Shown: positions 27,077-39,992 of the stretch, in pieces | Layout of the letters: the number at the start of each line of letters is the position of its first letter | Position numbering within the stretch: the stretch's first letter is position 1 | Assembly (NCBI GenBank): GCA_963575745.1 | Contig: CAUYUJ010000004.1 | Location: 186,001-250,000, forward strand | Source of the DNA: Prorocentrum cordatum | Lineage: Eukaryota | Reading direction: 5' to 3' | Length of the DNA: 64,000 bases | The notes under the pieces: model-generated | What the model saw: the letters and a program-made list of their open reading frames with translations, nothing else | Databases searched by the model: none | Told to the model about the DNA's origin: nothing | Program-made: the position numbers and the translations under genes

Positions 27077-27247
27077 GCCATGAGACGCCCGACGACCGCG
27101 AGTCCTCGTGGGCGTTTCGAGCGCGAGGGGTCTCGCGCTTTGGGCCAAGGTACGACAAAGCAACGGGAGCTTGCCTGGCCGCGGCGCGCGGCTGCCCTCT
27201 TCCTCCTCGCATTGCTCGGGGCGCCTTCCCGCGGAGGGCGGCAGCAA

Positions 27248-28537
27248 TGACGGGCGGCGGCGCTGGGGGCGCGCGTGGCGGCGGCGGCCCGGGGGGGCAG
27301 CAAGCCTGGAGGCGGCGGCTCGGGTGGTCGAGGGCCACGAAGCGTGGGGGCTGGAGCAGCAGTGCGTGCGCCGTCTGGGAAGGCGCCTTGGTACTGCAAG
27401 TCTTCCGACGCCAAGGGCTTCAGGTTTGTCAACTTCGGCGACCGCATGTCCTGCAAAAGGTGCAACTGCCGGAAGTCCTCGCACTTCGGAGGCTCGCCCA
27501 AGGAGAGTGCGCCCTCCTTCAAGGCGACGGAGAGCCTCAAGCTGGCCAAGGCGCTTGAGGAGACCAAGCAGCTCAAGGCGGCGGCGGGGGCGCGCGGTAT
27601 GCCAGCTGCAGGGGCCCCCCCGCCCTGGCAGGAGGGAGCCCCAGGCTCCCAGGAGCGCCAGCGCCTGGAGCTCGTCAACAAGCAGCTGGGGGACCTGCGG
27701 CGCTGGGCCGACATCGAGGACGAGGACGACGAGGCGCTCCGCTCGGCTGCCAGCGCCAAGAAGGCCAGGCTCGAGGCGGAGGCGGAGCAGCTGCGCCAGG
27801 CGCTCTTCACGCGAAGCCGAAGGACGTGCAGCTCAAGAGCCTTGCGGACCAGATCAAGAAGCTGGAGAAGCAGCAGGAGAAGGGCCGCGGCGACCTCGCG
27901 GCGGTGGAACTGCAGCAGCAGGAGCTCGCGGCCAAGGCGACGGAGCTGCGCGCGGCCGAAGTCGAGCGGGAGGCGAAGCTGGTCGAGCTCAAAGCGGAGC
28001 AGGCCCGCATGGTGGGCAGGCTCGCGGCCCCTCCTGCTGAGCCTGGGGCTGGCTTGGATGGCGTCGTGGAGGGGGGCGGCTTCAGGTTGACGGCTGGCTG
28101 ACTTCTTGGGCAAGGTCCTGGGTCGCTTCGGCGCGGAGGGCGACTTGCACGACGCGCTGCGGGCCCAGGCGACCCAGCACGAGCAGCAGCACAGGGCCGC
28201 CAAGGAGGCGGAGGCCGCTGCTGCGCGGGCTGCGGCGGCCGAGCAGCGCGCTGCTGCCGCTGGGCAAGGGGCGCCTGCTAACGCCCCCGCAGCAGCGCCG
28301 CCTGGAGGCGGCCGAGCCCCGCTCCCAGGTGAAGGGGTTGCTGCAGGCGAGGGCGCCATGGGCGACGAGGAGCTCGACGCGGAGGCTCAGCTCAAGTTCT
28401 GCCGAGCCTTCGGGGCAGCCCCGTCGGCTGGAGTGGGCGATGATCGCCCTGCTGATGATGTGGTGCGTGATGCCTTCAAGCGGGCGCGCGCTGAGCACGG
28501 CATGTCGCCGCCCAAGCGGGCGCGCACTGCGGCCTGA
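27248..28537 (+). pseudogene. LINE ORF1: RanBP2-like zinc finger plus coiled coil, frameshifted
   Basis: 'WYCKSS...VNFGDRMSCKRCNC' followed by helical E/K/Q/A-rich segments in ORFs 27275-28090, 27826-28101 and 28106-28537. The start is approximate. Confidence 0.75.
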
Positions 28538-29639
28538 GGGCACGATCGTCGCCGTGACGGACGACGACCTCGACTGGGGGGCCTGCTACGGCATGCTGTG
28601 CGAGGCCGACGAGCGGGCGGCCCAGGAGTTGGGCGGTTTTGGCTTCTGGGGCGCTGATCGCCAGGGCCAGGAGGGCCAAGGGCGGGCAGCAGAGGCGCCC
28701 CCTGCTGGGAGCGGCAGGTGGCCCTCAAGGTCTGGGGACGCCAGTGAGCGCCATGGGGCCTCACGAACCACTCCTGGGGTGAGCCGCCCTTCGAGGACGA
28801 GTGTGGGCCAGCCGCGCGGCGCCTGTGGCAACGCCGCCTCCCCCAGATGCCCAGCCAGGGCGGCCAGGCGGCGCAGTCCCCTGCTCCTGGCTGGATGGCC
28901 GCCTGCGAGGGGGCGCAGGCAGCTGGGGCGCCTGGTGGTGCGGCGCTGGCGCGGGCGCGGGCTGCTGCTGGCGAGCGGCGCTGGCGCGGCGATGGGCTGC
29001 GGCGTGGGCGGGTGGCTGCAGACCCCCGCTGGGCTGCAGGGGGTGTTCGGCCTTCAAAGGCACGGCCCCAGGATGTCAGATTGGGTTGGCCAGGTGAGGA
29101 CCCCCGACTGGCAACCTCAGGTGTCGGCCCCAGGGTGCGGCCTGCATGATGCCCTGGAGGCGGGCTCTCAGGGGATGCGGACCGTCAGACCCTCCCTGGG
29201 CTGATGGGGGCGTTCGGCCATCAAGGGTGCGGCCCCAGGATGTCAGATCTGGTTGGCCAGGAGGGCTCCCCCGATTGGCAACCAAGGGCGTCGGCCTCAG
29301 GGCACGGCCCAGGGGGGGGGGGGGCGGAGGGATTCCGCCCCTCGACGTCGCAGCCTCTCCCCCGCACGGACTCCGAGTTCGTTGCGCAGCAGGGCATCGG
29401 GGACCAGGTGCTCGGCGAGTTCGGGCCCCCTGCATGCCGGGAAGCCTGCAGCCTCCGAGACCCTGCCTCGGGCGGCGATGCAGCCTGTCCTGCGCGCCCC
29501 GCACGGAGCTCGAGCCCCCCGCTCGCTCCGCCCCCCCCAGCCGCGGGAAGGTGCCGCCCTCCCGCGGGTCCCCGACGCGACCGCGTCGGCCAGTGCAGCG
29601 CACTTGGAGCGGCTGCTCGCTGGCAAGCCCAAGCCGATG

Positions 29640-32600
29640 GCGGAAGCAGGGTGCTGCCTGTCCACTGCGAATGCTTCGTCGCGGGGGCCGCCGGGCGAGT
29701 GCCTCCTGAGGGCGGACGGCAACTCGACATTGGCCATCGCGGTTCAGGAACACCACCGTCTGGCCAAGGACCTGGCGACGCAGCAGCGGGCGTCTAAAGG
29801 CGCGGGCTGGCATGGGGTATGGGGCGCGGCCAATCCGTCTTCGGCGTCGACCTCGGGTTCCGTCGGTGGCGTAGCGGTGCTGGCTCCCACCGTAGTCTCC
29901 GTCACGGCGCCCCCTGGGCGTGACTCCCCCGTGCTGGTGCCAGGGCGCCTGGTGGCGGGGCACGTGCGTGCTGGCCCTGCTGGCGGCGCGGTGGCCCTCA
30001 GCATCTACCTGCGCGACGGCGAAGGGCTTTCGGGCAGCGGCGTGGGCATCATCTGGCAGCTGGTGCAGCACCTGGGGCGGCTCGAGGCCGACGGCCGCCA
30101 CTGGGCGGTCATGGGGGACTGGAACATGGAGGCGGACGCGCTCGATGTTGGCTGGGTCGGCAAGCTGCGGGCCCAGGTTCGGCAGGCGAGCGGCCAGTCG
30201 TGCAGGCAGGGCGGCGGGTCCAACATCGACTACTTCGCGGCGTCAAAGAGCCTCATCCCCTTCACAGGGGAGGCCCCCATCCTGGACGTCGGTGCCCACG
30301 CGTGGCCGCGCTGGCCCGTCCGCTCGACGCTGAGCCAGGTGCGCGCGCAGGCCGTGCAGCAGGTTATCGACGAGCCCAAACCGATTCCCAGGGAGGCGGC
30401 CAAGCCTGGCTGCGCCCGCCCGCCCTGGCGCTGGGGCGCGTTCGCGGGGTGCGTGAACGCCGCCACGGACCAGCAGGGCCTCCAAATAGTTTGGGACGTG
30501 CTGCTGGAGGGTATCGAGACGGAGATCCTCAACAGGCGCGATCTGGTCGGCGACGCTCGGCGCACCTTCGCGGGCCGCGGCGCGAAGGGGGATGTGAGCA
30601 TGAAGATGAACAGGCCCAGTGGCACCCTCCTCACAAGCGGAAGCGGCGAGGGCCCGAGGCCCACGCCTGGGCGGCGCTGGCAGGTTGGGCGTCGGAGCTC
30701 CTGGAGAAGCAGGCCTACCTGGCGAAGATGTTCGGCGCCCTGAAGGATCACCCTGTCGAGGAGGGGGCCAAGCCCGCGGCGGCACGTGCCAAGTGCATGT
30801 GCGCGATTGCAAAGGCCCTGGTGCACCTTCGGCACTTCCTGGAGCCCCTGCACTGCCAGGGGCACTGGCATCACCTCCCGAGTTGGACGCGCGAGCCCTT
30901 CCTGGACGTTGCGGACTTCGGCAGCGAGGGTTGGGCGCAGGACCTCGGGCGGGTGTTGCAGGCGGCGGAGCAACGGCAGCGCAAGCAGGCCAAGGAAGAC
31001 GAGGCCCGCTGGAAGGAGTGGGCCGACGGGGCTTTCCTGGGAGGAGCAGGCGCCGCCCACGCCGCCTCCAAGGCCTCCGTGCTTCAGGAAGTGCCCCCAG
31101 CTCATCCTTCGGAAGGGAGCGCAGGCGCTAGTGGCCAGGGAGTTGCAGCCATGGGTGGGCATCTGGAACCATCACGGCCTGACCCGCATGGAGTTGCCCC
31201 CGATGCTCCCACGTGGGACGCCCTGCCGCCGCTGCAGGTGCATGCAGTGCGGGACGTGGTCCGTTCCTTCCCGTGGCGCACGGGCGTGGGCCAATCAGGC
31301 ATGCCGCCGAGGGCGCTGGAGGACCTGTCAGGCGACTCGCTCCTGGCCATGATCGCGGTCTTCCACAAGCGCGAGGGGCTGCTGGCATGGCCGAATAGCC
31401 GCCTCATCAACACCATGGCGCGGCTCCCCAAGCCCGGCGGCGGCTGTAGGCTCATCGGGCTCATGCCGACGTTGGTGCGCGTGTGGGGTCGGGCCCGCAG
31501 GCCTATGACGAAGACGTGGGAGCTGGACAACCCCTCGGAGCTGGTCTTGGGCACGGGGTCAGGCAGAGCCAGCTCGGACTCGGCGCACGAGCTCAACTTG
31601 GCCAAGGAGCAGGCGAAGCTCGGCGGCTGGGACTCTGCCCAGGCCGCCCTGGACCTCTGGAGGCCTACGAGATGGTGGCGCCCGAGGCCCAACTGGCGGA
31701 GGCGCGGGCGCTGGGTTTCCCCATGCGGCTCACATGGATGCTCCCCAGCACCTACCGCCAGCCGCGCGTCCTGGCCGCCTTCGGCACGATGTCGGACCCG
31801 TTCGTGGCTTGGCAGGGGAACATCGCGGGGTGCGGGCACGCCAACTCGCTGCTGATGGTGCTCACCCTGCGGGCCCTGCGCAAGGCGCATGCCCTGGCGC
31901 CATCGGTCACCCCGCGGGGCCTGGTGGATGACGTCACCCTGGGCTGGAGCGGGCCCAAGGAGGCGGACGACGACAGTCTGGTGACAGCGCTGAGTCTCGG
32001 CCGACATGATGGAGCCCAAGTTGGTCATGCAGCCGCAGAAGTCGGGCTTCCTGGCGCCCTCCAGGCGGAGGGCGAAGCTGCTGGCCCCCCACATGCTGCG
32101 GAGAGGTCTCACCGAGAAGTTTTGGGTGCGCAACCTGGGCCACGAGCTGCACGGGCGGAAGGTCATCCGCACTCAGGAGAAACGCCGCCTGCAGGCCCTG
32201 GCTGAAAGGCGAGGGCGCATGGCCATGCCCAGGCGGGCTGCTGGGAGGCGCGCTGCCGCCCCGGTGGCCACAGGGCTCTCGCCGTCGGCGGGGCATGGCG
32301 CAGGGGTCTCGGGGCTAGCTGACAAGCCTCTGGCCCAGCTGCGTACGCTGGCGGCGGCCACCGCTGGGGCCAAGGCGGGCTGCGGCACGGCGGCCGTCAT
32401 GGTGCTGCAGAGGCGGGTGGCTTTCGACCCGATCTGCGCTCCACGGTCCCGCTGGTTTGCAGGCTGGCCAGTCGCATCTGGGAGGGCCGCGGCTCTTTGG
32501 CGGGGCTGGAGGCTACCTGGCAGGTGCTACCTGCGGATGTGCGAGCGGGCTCCCTGTCGTGGGCTTCGGCGCAGGGGCCGCTTGAGGCTACCTTGCTTTC

Positions 32601-35480
32601 GCTCGCGCGCATCGGCTGGGACATGGCGGCCGTCTGGGCCCTGCGGACCGACCAGGGGGAGGTCATCTCCTTGCTAAGGGTGGCCCCCAGGGACGTCAAA
32701 GACGCGCTCGCGGAGGGCACCCAGCGCTGGCAGTGCAGGGGGCTGGTCGCCCACTTGCCCGAAAGCGGCGGCGAGGTGCTCTGGCCGCGGGCCGTGCGGG
32801 CTATTGCCAGGCGGTCTCGGCCCGCTGCTGAGCTGGGGGCCATCCAGGCCCTGTGGGCAGGCGGCCACTTCACCGTGGTCTGGCGCTATGCCCACGGCTT
32901 CGCCACCACGGAGCTGTGTCAGGCTTGCGGCCAGGACAGGGACACCCTGATGCACAGGTGGTGCGCCTGCCCTGAGGTCATGCAGCCACGGGGCGAGGAG
33001 CTGGAGCTGGAGGAGCCCTTTCGCAAGCCGATCGTGGCCATGCACAAGCAGATGGCGGAGGCCGAGCAGCAGTGGACCATCGGGGACAGCGAGCTGCCGT
33101 TGGCTTATGGCCTGCCGCTGCTGCCTGCCCTGTCGCCTCCTGCGCCTGCTGCGAGCGTCATCTTCGAGTGGGGTGCCACGCAGGTGGCCTGGCCTGCGGT
33201 CGTCTACACTGATGGGTCAGGCCACGCCTCGCAGGTGCCTGAGGCGCGCAGGTGCGGCTGGGCGGCCGTGACCCTCAGGCCCGACGGGGTGCCGCTCAAA
33301 GCCGCCTATGGGCCGCTGCCTGGGCCGCGCCAGACGGTGGGCAGGGCCGAGCGGCAGGCCTGCCTGGCACCCTTGTCCCAGGCGGGAGAGGTCCAGCTGA
33401 TCGTCAGCGACCTGCAGTCGCTCGTCACAGAGGGCAACCTTTGGAGCCCCATGGCGCAGGCGGCTGGCGCGAGGCACGCCAGCATCTGGCGGCAGCTCCA
33501 TGCAGCTGCGGAGGCGCGAGGCAGCCCGCCCCCGCGCTTCAGATGGGCGCCTGCCCACCGCGCCCTGGAGCAGGCGCTGGAGGAGGACATCAGGCCCATG
33601 GACTGGCTTGGGAACTGCTGGGCGGGCTTCTTCGCCAACCTGGGGGCCGCCGAAACGAGGCTGCCCAACAACACGGTGGAGGCGCTCAAGGCGGAGTTGC
33701 AGCGGGCGCTGGACACCGCCACGTACTGGGGCTGGGCGGCGGCGCGCGTTTGCCAGCTGGATCTCTGGCGGCCGCTCGGGGGCGACGGGGAGCTCCAGCG
33801 CCGGGCAGAGCTCAAGTGCCCCGCCCCTCCCAAGCTCAGCCTCACGCGGCACGAGTACCAGGCGATCAACGCCAGAGGGGTCCGGTGCCTCCACTGCGGA
33901 CGAGGCGCACACCGAGAAGGCACGCTCACTGCTGGACTGCCGCCCGTGCCAGCCGTCGGCGCTGGGGCGGCTGCGCGCGGCTCGCAGCCGCGATGTTGGC
34001 GGGGCGCAGCTGCTCGCCGGCTCGGCCATGGTGGACGCGGGGGCCCAGGCAGCGGCTTTGTTCGAAGCAGAGCAGGTTGGCCACAGCAGTGCGGCGCCTG
34101 AGGTTGGCCAGGCCTTCAGCCCCACGGAGGGCGGCGCGACGGGCAGCGAGTTCGAGCGCAAGGTGCAGCACCTCCTGGCGGCGGCGAAAGGCGACTCGGC
34201 AGGCGTTGCTGGCCTGGGCCCGACGGCGGGCAGCCATGGGCAGGAGGCGGCGGCGGCAGCTGCGGCGCACGCTCGGCCAGGGCCGTTGCCGAGGCCACCT
34301 GCCAACCCTGGCGGGCCAGCGCCTGCCGCGGGCAACGACCTGCTGGCCATCGAGGCCTGGGAGCGAGCGGGCCCTCTGGAGGCCACGCTGTGCACGCTGG
34401 CCAGCTCGTGGATCACGGACCTGCTGGACCAGAGCCTCGCCTACGCCTCGTGGATGGAGGAGTGCGTGGACTACGTCTACAGGCTGCTGGGGGAGGACGC
34501 CTTTCGAGGCTTCTTCGCGTACACGACGACCCCCGAGTCGCGCAACGCGGAGCGGCTGAGGAAGGCCAGGGAGTTCTGCGAGCGCGGGTGGCGGGACGGG
34601 AGCCGCCCAGGAGTGCTGGGCTTCCGCGGCCCGAAGGCCTCTTGGTGCTGGGCGGCTACCTGGCAGTGCGGCAGCCGTGGCGCAACCCGCAGTTCCCGTT
34701 GCCGCAGCAGCGGGGCCTCGACGCCAGCGACGACGACGACGTTGTTCCGCACCCTGGTGCAGCCTCGTCAGGCCTGCCCCCGCCGCCGCTGGCGGCCGCT
34801 GCGGGGTCTGGCGGACAGCCGCCAGGGCTGGGGGTTGGCAACCGCAGGCGCTGGCAGGTCGAGACGGCGCCGCATGGCTCAGACTCCAGCGAGGGCCCCG
34901 GCCTGGGCGGCGACCCCACCGTGGAGGCGGCCATCCATGGTATTCCGCCGCAGCACCTGGTGGACACGGGGGACGCGGGCGGCGACGGGGTGGCCGCTGG
35001 CCCAGCGCCCTGGGAGCCCGACGGCGCGGCGGACGAAGCGGACGGGAGTGTTGCGGAGAGGCGCGGGCCTGGCGGCCTCCCGCTCGCAGCAGCTTGCGCC
35101 CTGGCGGCAGCGGTGGCAGCGGGGCTTGGCCTGGCCAGCAGCGGCGCTGGGGCAGCGACGGGGCAGGCGCCAGCGCGAGGTCCAGGAGCCCGCAGCGAGG
35201 GGCCCCAGGCAGGCAGCCGCGGGGCGAGGATGCCAAGCCAGAGGCGCAGCTGGGCCACGCCTTGCGCACCGCTGGCGGCTATGCTTTCTGCTGCAAGTGC
35301 GGCGCCTTCGCCGGGATCGAAGGTGCGGACCGCGCCAAGGGCCTCAAAGCTGGCTGCACGGGCCGACTGCCGCCTGGACCTCAGGCCACGGCGGGCCAGA
35401 AGAAGAAAGGGCAGTGCCTGACGAGGCTGCTCAGCGCCAAGGACCCCTACACGGGCAAGCCGCTAGCGCGAGGGAGCTGC
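29640..35480 (+). pseudogene. LINE ORF2: APE endonuclease, reverse transcriptase, RNase H, C-terminal zinc fingers; several frameshifts
   Basis: APE: 'STANASS', 'AVQEHH', 'SIYL', 'MGDWN', 'NIDYF'. RT: 'LPKPGGGCRLIGL', 'ALDL', 'NIAGCGHAN', 'LVDDVTL', 'RNLG'. Cys motif 'CQACG...DTLMHRWCAC'. RNase H: 'VYTDGS...GW...GPLPG..QTVGRAE...SD...WAPAH...GN'. C-terminal 'CLHCG' and 'GH...FCCKCGAF...C'. Confidence 0.92.
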
Positions 35481-35827
35481 GCCTGGTGCGGCGCCGCCCG
35501 CTGGCAGCCCTGCTGGCTGGCGGCCGCGCCGCCGCGCGGCCCCAGGGCGCCGCTGCCCACGCTGCTGGCGGGCCCCGCTTGCTGGCCGCGCGGGCCCCCG
35601 TCGGCCGCGCGCCCCGCGCGCGGCCGCCTCCCAGGTGCGGCTCGCGGGCTCACTGCTGGCTGCGGCCTGGGGCCTTCTCGGCTGCGCGCCCGCGCGCGGC
35701 CGCCTGCGGCCTGCTGGGGCGGGCCGCCCTGGTGCTCGGGCACGGCGCGCGAGGCGCCGCGCCCCTGCGTGGTCGGGCTGCGCGCGCCCGCCGCGCTCGA
35801 CGGGGCGTGCTCGCGCCGATGACGTGC

Positions 35828-35829
<2 letters not shown>

Positions 35830-35880
<51 letters not shown>

Positions 35881-35935
35881 CATCTGAGACAACGAATGAG
35901 GGGAGAGAAAGGGAACAGGGATGGAGAGAGAGAGA

Positions 35936-35966
<31 letters not shown>

Positions 35967-36077
35967 CGATGGACAAAGCGCGCGGGAGAGATAGAGAGAG
36001 AGAGAGAGAGAGAGAAAAACAGGGATATATAGAGAGAGAGAGAGAGGGAACGAGGGAGAGAGGGAGAAAGCGAGCTG

Positions 36078-36117
<40 letters not shown>

Positions 36118-36217
36118 CCTCCGCCTCCTACTTCCCCGAGGGTGGGAGGGGCAACCGATGTTTCCTCCCATTGCTAACTCTGGCGCTGCGCGTGGCCAGG
36201 GCGAGCGAACGTCAGAA

Positions 36218-36250
<33 letters not shown>

Positions 36251-36326
36251 AGGACGGGGGGGGGGGCGGGAAAAATAATGAGAGGGAGAGAGATTGAGAG
36301 ACAGGGAGAGGGAAATATAGAGAGAG

Positions 36327-36407
<81 letters not shown>

Positions 36408-36526
36408 GGAGGGAGAGAGAGAAAGAGAGAGAAAGACAGGGATAGAGGGGGAGCAATCATTGCCCCTCACAAGTTTCCCCCCATCCGACTGGGTGTGCGG
36501 ACTGAGGGATAGCGTTGCGTGTATGG

Positions 36527-36565
<39 letters not shown>

Positions 36566-36707
36566 AAGAGAGAGAGAGAGGGGGAGGGAGAGAGGAATAG
36601 AGAGAGAGAGGGAGGGATTTGTTTGTAGAGAGAGAGGGGGGGGAGAGGGAGAGAGAGAGAGAGAGAGAGAACGAAATGAAGAAATATATAGATAGAGAGA
36701 AACAGGG

Positions 36708-36751
<44 letters not shown>

Positions 36752-36755
36752 AAGA
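35830..36755. repeat. (GA)n microsatellite field with short non-repeat islands
   Basis: Directly visible in the sequence. Confidence 0.96.
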
Positions 36756-37773
36756 ACAAAACAAACAAACAAGAACAGAACGACCACTCCCCCCATTTCT
36801 TCCTCTGCGTTGTGCGCGGAGTGTGTAAGGGACAACCGTTGTTCCCTTCCACTGTCCACTCTGTGTTGTGCGGGGAAAGTGCGAGGCATAGCCAGTCGCT
36901 GCACATCGGGGTCCCCCTCCCCCCTCTCTCCGCCCCTCTTCTCTCCTCCCCTCCCCTCCCTGCCTCCCTTCTTCCTTCCGCTTTCATCCAATACGAATGC
37001 AATCGGGATTGCCCCTCCCCTTCCCGTCCTCAATCCCCTTCCTCCAATATAGATACAATGCGAATGCAATGCGAACGCGAGGGAAAGGTATGTCAATCCC
37101 TCTCCCTCCATCCTTCCACCTCCCTCCTGCTGCTGCTGCTGCTGCTGCTGCTCCTCCTCCTCCTCCAGCAGGAATGCAATCGAAGAGTCAATGAGCATGT
37201 GTATTTTCATGGGATGAGGAGGGAGGGAGGGATTGAGGAACTCGCGTTGAACAGTTGCAAGATCGCAAGGTCGAGGTGCAACACATCCCAGGTCCAAGAA
37301 CACCCAGGTGATACTAAACTTGCAACCTAATCTCACGTTCCAGGGCACGGAGATACAGCCTCCACCCCTCCCTCCGTGGCCATCTTAGCTTAGGTACCAC
37401 AGCACCTTCACACATTAGATGCGTGTGTTCTTGTCTGGTCGTTTAGCACCCGAAAGAGGTCTCAATTTCACAATCGTCGCATATCCGCATTGGCTGCAAT
37501 AAAAAAGCGTAAGAAAACAGCTTCGTTACACAGAACCATATTCTGGGTCCACGGGGGGGGGGGGTCTGCCAGGATCCCCCCCATCAAGGGGGGCTTTTTG
37601 TTGGGGGGGGGCTAGGGGGGGGGCGGGTTTCCCCCCCAGGGCCCCACCGTTTTTCCCTCCCTAGGCTCTGCCTAGAAGGGTTCTTACTCTCTTTGCTGAA
37701 AAGGGCCGGGCAGTGCTAACCGCCCCGGGCGGTTCCCCCAGTCCCCGCCCCGCGGTTCCCCCAGTCCCCTGGG

Positions 37774-38580
37774 AGCTTTAGCCTTAGCTTTAGTTTTAGC
37801 TTAGCTTTAGCTTTAGCTTTAGCTTTAGCTTAGCTTTAGCTTACATTTAGCTTAGTGTTAACTTAGCTTTAGCTTAGCTTTAGCTTAGCTTTAGCTTAGC
37901 TTTAGCTTAGCTTTAGCTTAGCTTCAGCTTAGTGTTAGCTTAGCTTTAGCTTAGATTTAGCTCAGCTTTAGCTTAGCTGTAGCTTAGCTTTAGCTTAGCT
38001 TTAGCTTAGCTTCAGCTTAGTGTTAGCTTAGCTTTAGCTTAGCTTTAGCTTAGCTTTAGCTTAGCTTTAGCTTAGCTTTAGCTTAGTGCTAGCTTAGCAT
38101 TGGCTTAGCTTTAGCTTAGCTTTAGCTTAGCTTTAGCTTAGCTTTAGCTTAGCTTTAGCTTAGCTTTAGCTTAGCTTCTTAGCTTTAGCTTAGCTTTTAG
38201 CTTAGCTTAGCTTTAGCTTAGCTTTAGCTTAGCTTTAGCTTAGCTTTAGCTTAGCTTAGCTTAGCTTAGCTTTAGCTTAGCTTTAGCTTAGCTTTAGCTT
38301 AGCTTTAGCTTAGCTAGCTTAGCTTTAGCTTAGCTTTAGCTTAGCTTTAGCTTAGCTTAGCTAGCTTTAGCTTAGCTTTAGCTTAGCTTTAGCTTAGCTT
38401 TAGCTTAGCTTTAGCTTAGCTTTAGCTTAGCTTCAGCTTAGCTTTAGCTTAGCTTTAGCTTAGTGTTAGCTTAGCCTTAGCTTAGCTTTTAGCCTAGCTT
38501 TAGCTTAGCTTCAGCTTAGCTTTAGCTTAGCTTTAGCTTAGCTTTAGCTTAGCTTTAGCTTAGCTTTAGCTTAGCTTTAC
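37774..38580. repeat. 11-bp satellite (TTAGCTTTAGC)n
   Basis: About 800 bp of alternating TTAGC/TTTAGC units. Confidence 0.97.
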
Positions 38581-39992
38581 TGTTACTACTAATGCTGCTT
38601 TCCTAGGGGCTCCAACTCCTAGGTAGGGTCGCACTGGGATAATTTTGCTGGAGGGGTAGGGGGAGGGGTGGGTTTTCCCCCAGGACCCACCCCTCAAAAG
38701 GGTCCTGCGCAAGGATTCGGGGGTTGGCCTTCGTGCGCCTCCACGCCTGCTTTCTGCTGCGGCCCCTGATGGCTGCGCCGTCCACAGCAAGCCAGTTACG
38801 CGAAGTGGTGAATTATCTACGCAAACGATCTGAAAAAGGTGCTGTTCAGACTCTGGGGCGCCCCCAGACTCTGGGGGTTGGGGGTTGCTCCGACTTTGTC
38901 TCTCGTTGTCCGACTGTGTCTCCTCGCTCGTACCCCCTGCCTCCTTCTCCTGGTCACCCTCCTTCTGTGCAAGCGACCAAGGAAGTGCGGAGCGCCCCGC
39001 AATTGCGGTCAAGAGTGCGTGGGCGTGCGCGGAGTGAGTCGCTGGTGGGTCGCGGGGTGTGTCGCGGGGTAGGTCGCGGGTGGATCGCGGGTGATTCGCG
39101 GGGGGGGGGGACGACATCAACGACGAACAAGGAACAGCCACAATTTGGGCCACGGAATCCCGCTTCACCCACTCACCCAGGGATTGTGCAATACCGTTCG
39201 GCCCCTTCATTCTGGCAAGCTAGGTCGCCTTCCTTTGCGAGGGCCCCCACTTGTGGATGAGCAGGAGGAGAGAAGGAGGAGGAAGAACTCGGAGAGGGAG
39301 ATGGCACTGGCGGCCAGGGAGGGGATGCGAGGCAGGGTGTCGGGCGACGGGGTCGGTAGTCACGTCGTCGGCAGTCGTGGTCGGCGTGGCCGTCGGGGAC
39401 GTCGTGCTGTGGTCGCGGTCGTCGGTGTTCGTACAAGGGCCACCGGGGCTCGTCGGGCCCTCCCCCCTCCCCTCCCCTCCATCCCCACCCCGACCCTCCC
39501 CTCCCCTCCCATACCCTCCCCTCTCCCCTCCCCTTCCTGCCCAACGACGGCCCCGACGGCGACGACGGCGGCGGCGGCGGCGGCAGCGGCGGCGGCGACG
39601 GCGGCGGCGGCGACGGTAGCCCTGCGCGCGCGAGCGGCGCGGACGCAGCCGCGCCGGCCTCGCTGCCGCGCCGGCCGCCCCCGCTGCCCCCGCGCGCCGG
39701 GTGCCGCGCCGCGCGCACCGCGGGAGCCGCCGACGCCTCGCTCGCGCCCGCGGCGGGGCTGCCGTGCTTCCTGCTCTCGAGGATGGAGGTTCGGGTGGGC
39801 TCGCAGGAGAATGATTCGGGTCCGCCGCGTGGAATGGAGCATGGAAAAGAAGTGGTACAGACTTTGAAGCTACACACCGTCGAATTGAAAACTTATAACT
39901 CGAATATCTTAAACTTGAAATTATCAAGTCTGGAGTGACGTAATTTTCAATGTTGGGGTCACGAATGAAAACATTAAACATTGATAAGGATA

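Larger units (their letters stand above)
27055..35830 (+). mobile_element. Near full-length LINE (ORF1 + APE-RT-RNase H-ZnF ORF2), frameshifted, SL-headed, inserted in (GA)n
   Basis: SL at the 5' end, domains in canonical order, and (GA)n-NNN-CACATCT at both flanks (27049-27055 and 35879-35885). Confidence 0.92.

Noticed and set aside
27055..27130. SL RNA gene
   Set aside because: No GT donor or SL intron follows, and the sequence runs into LINE 5' UTR and ORF1.
37774..38580. True telomere
   Set aside because: The array is internal, lacks G runs and differs from TTTAGGG.
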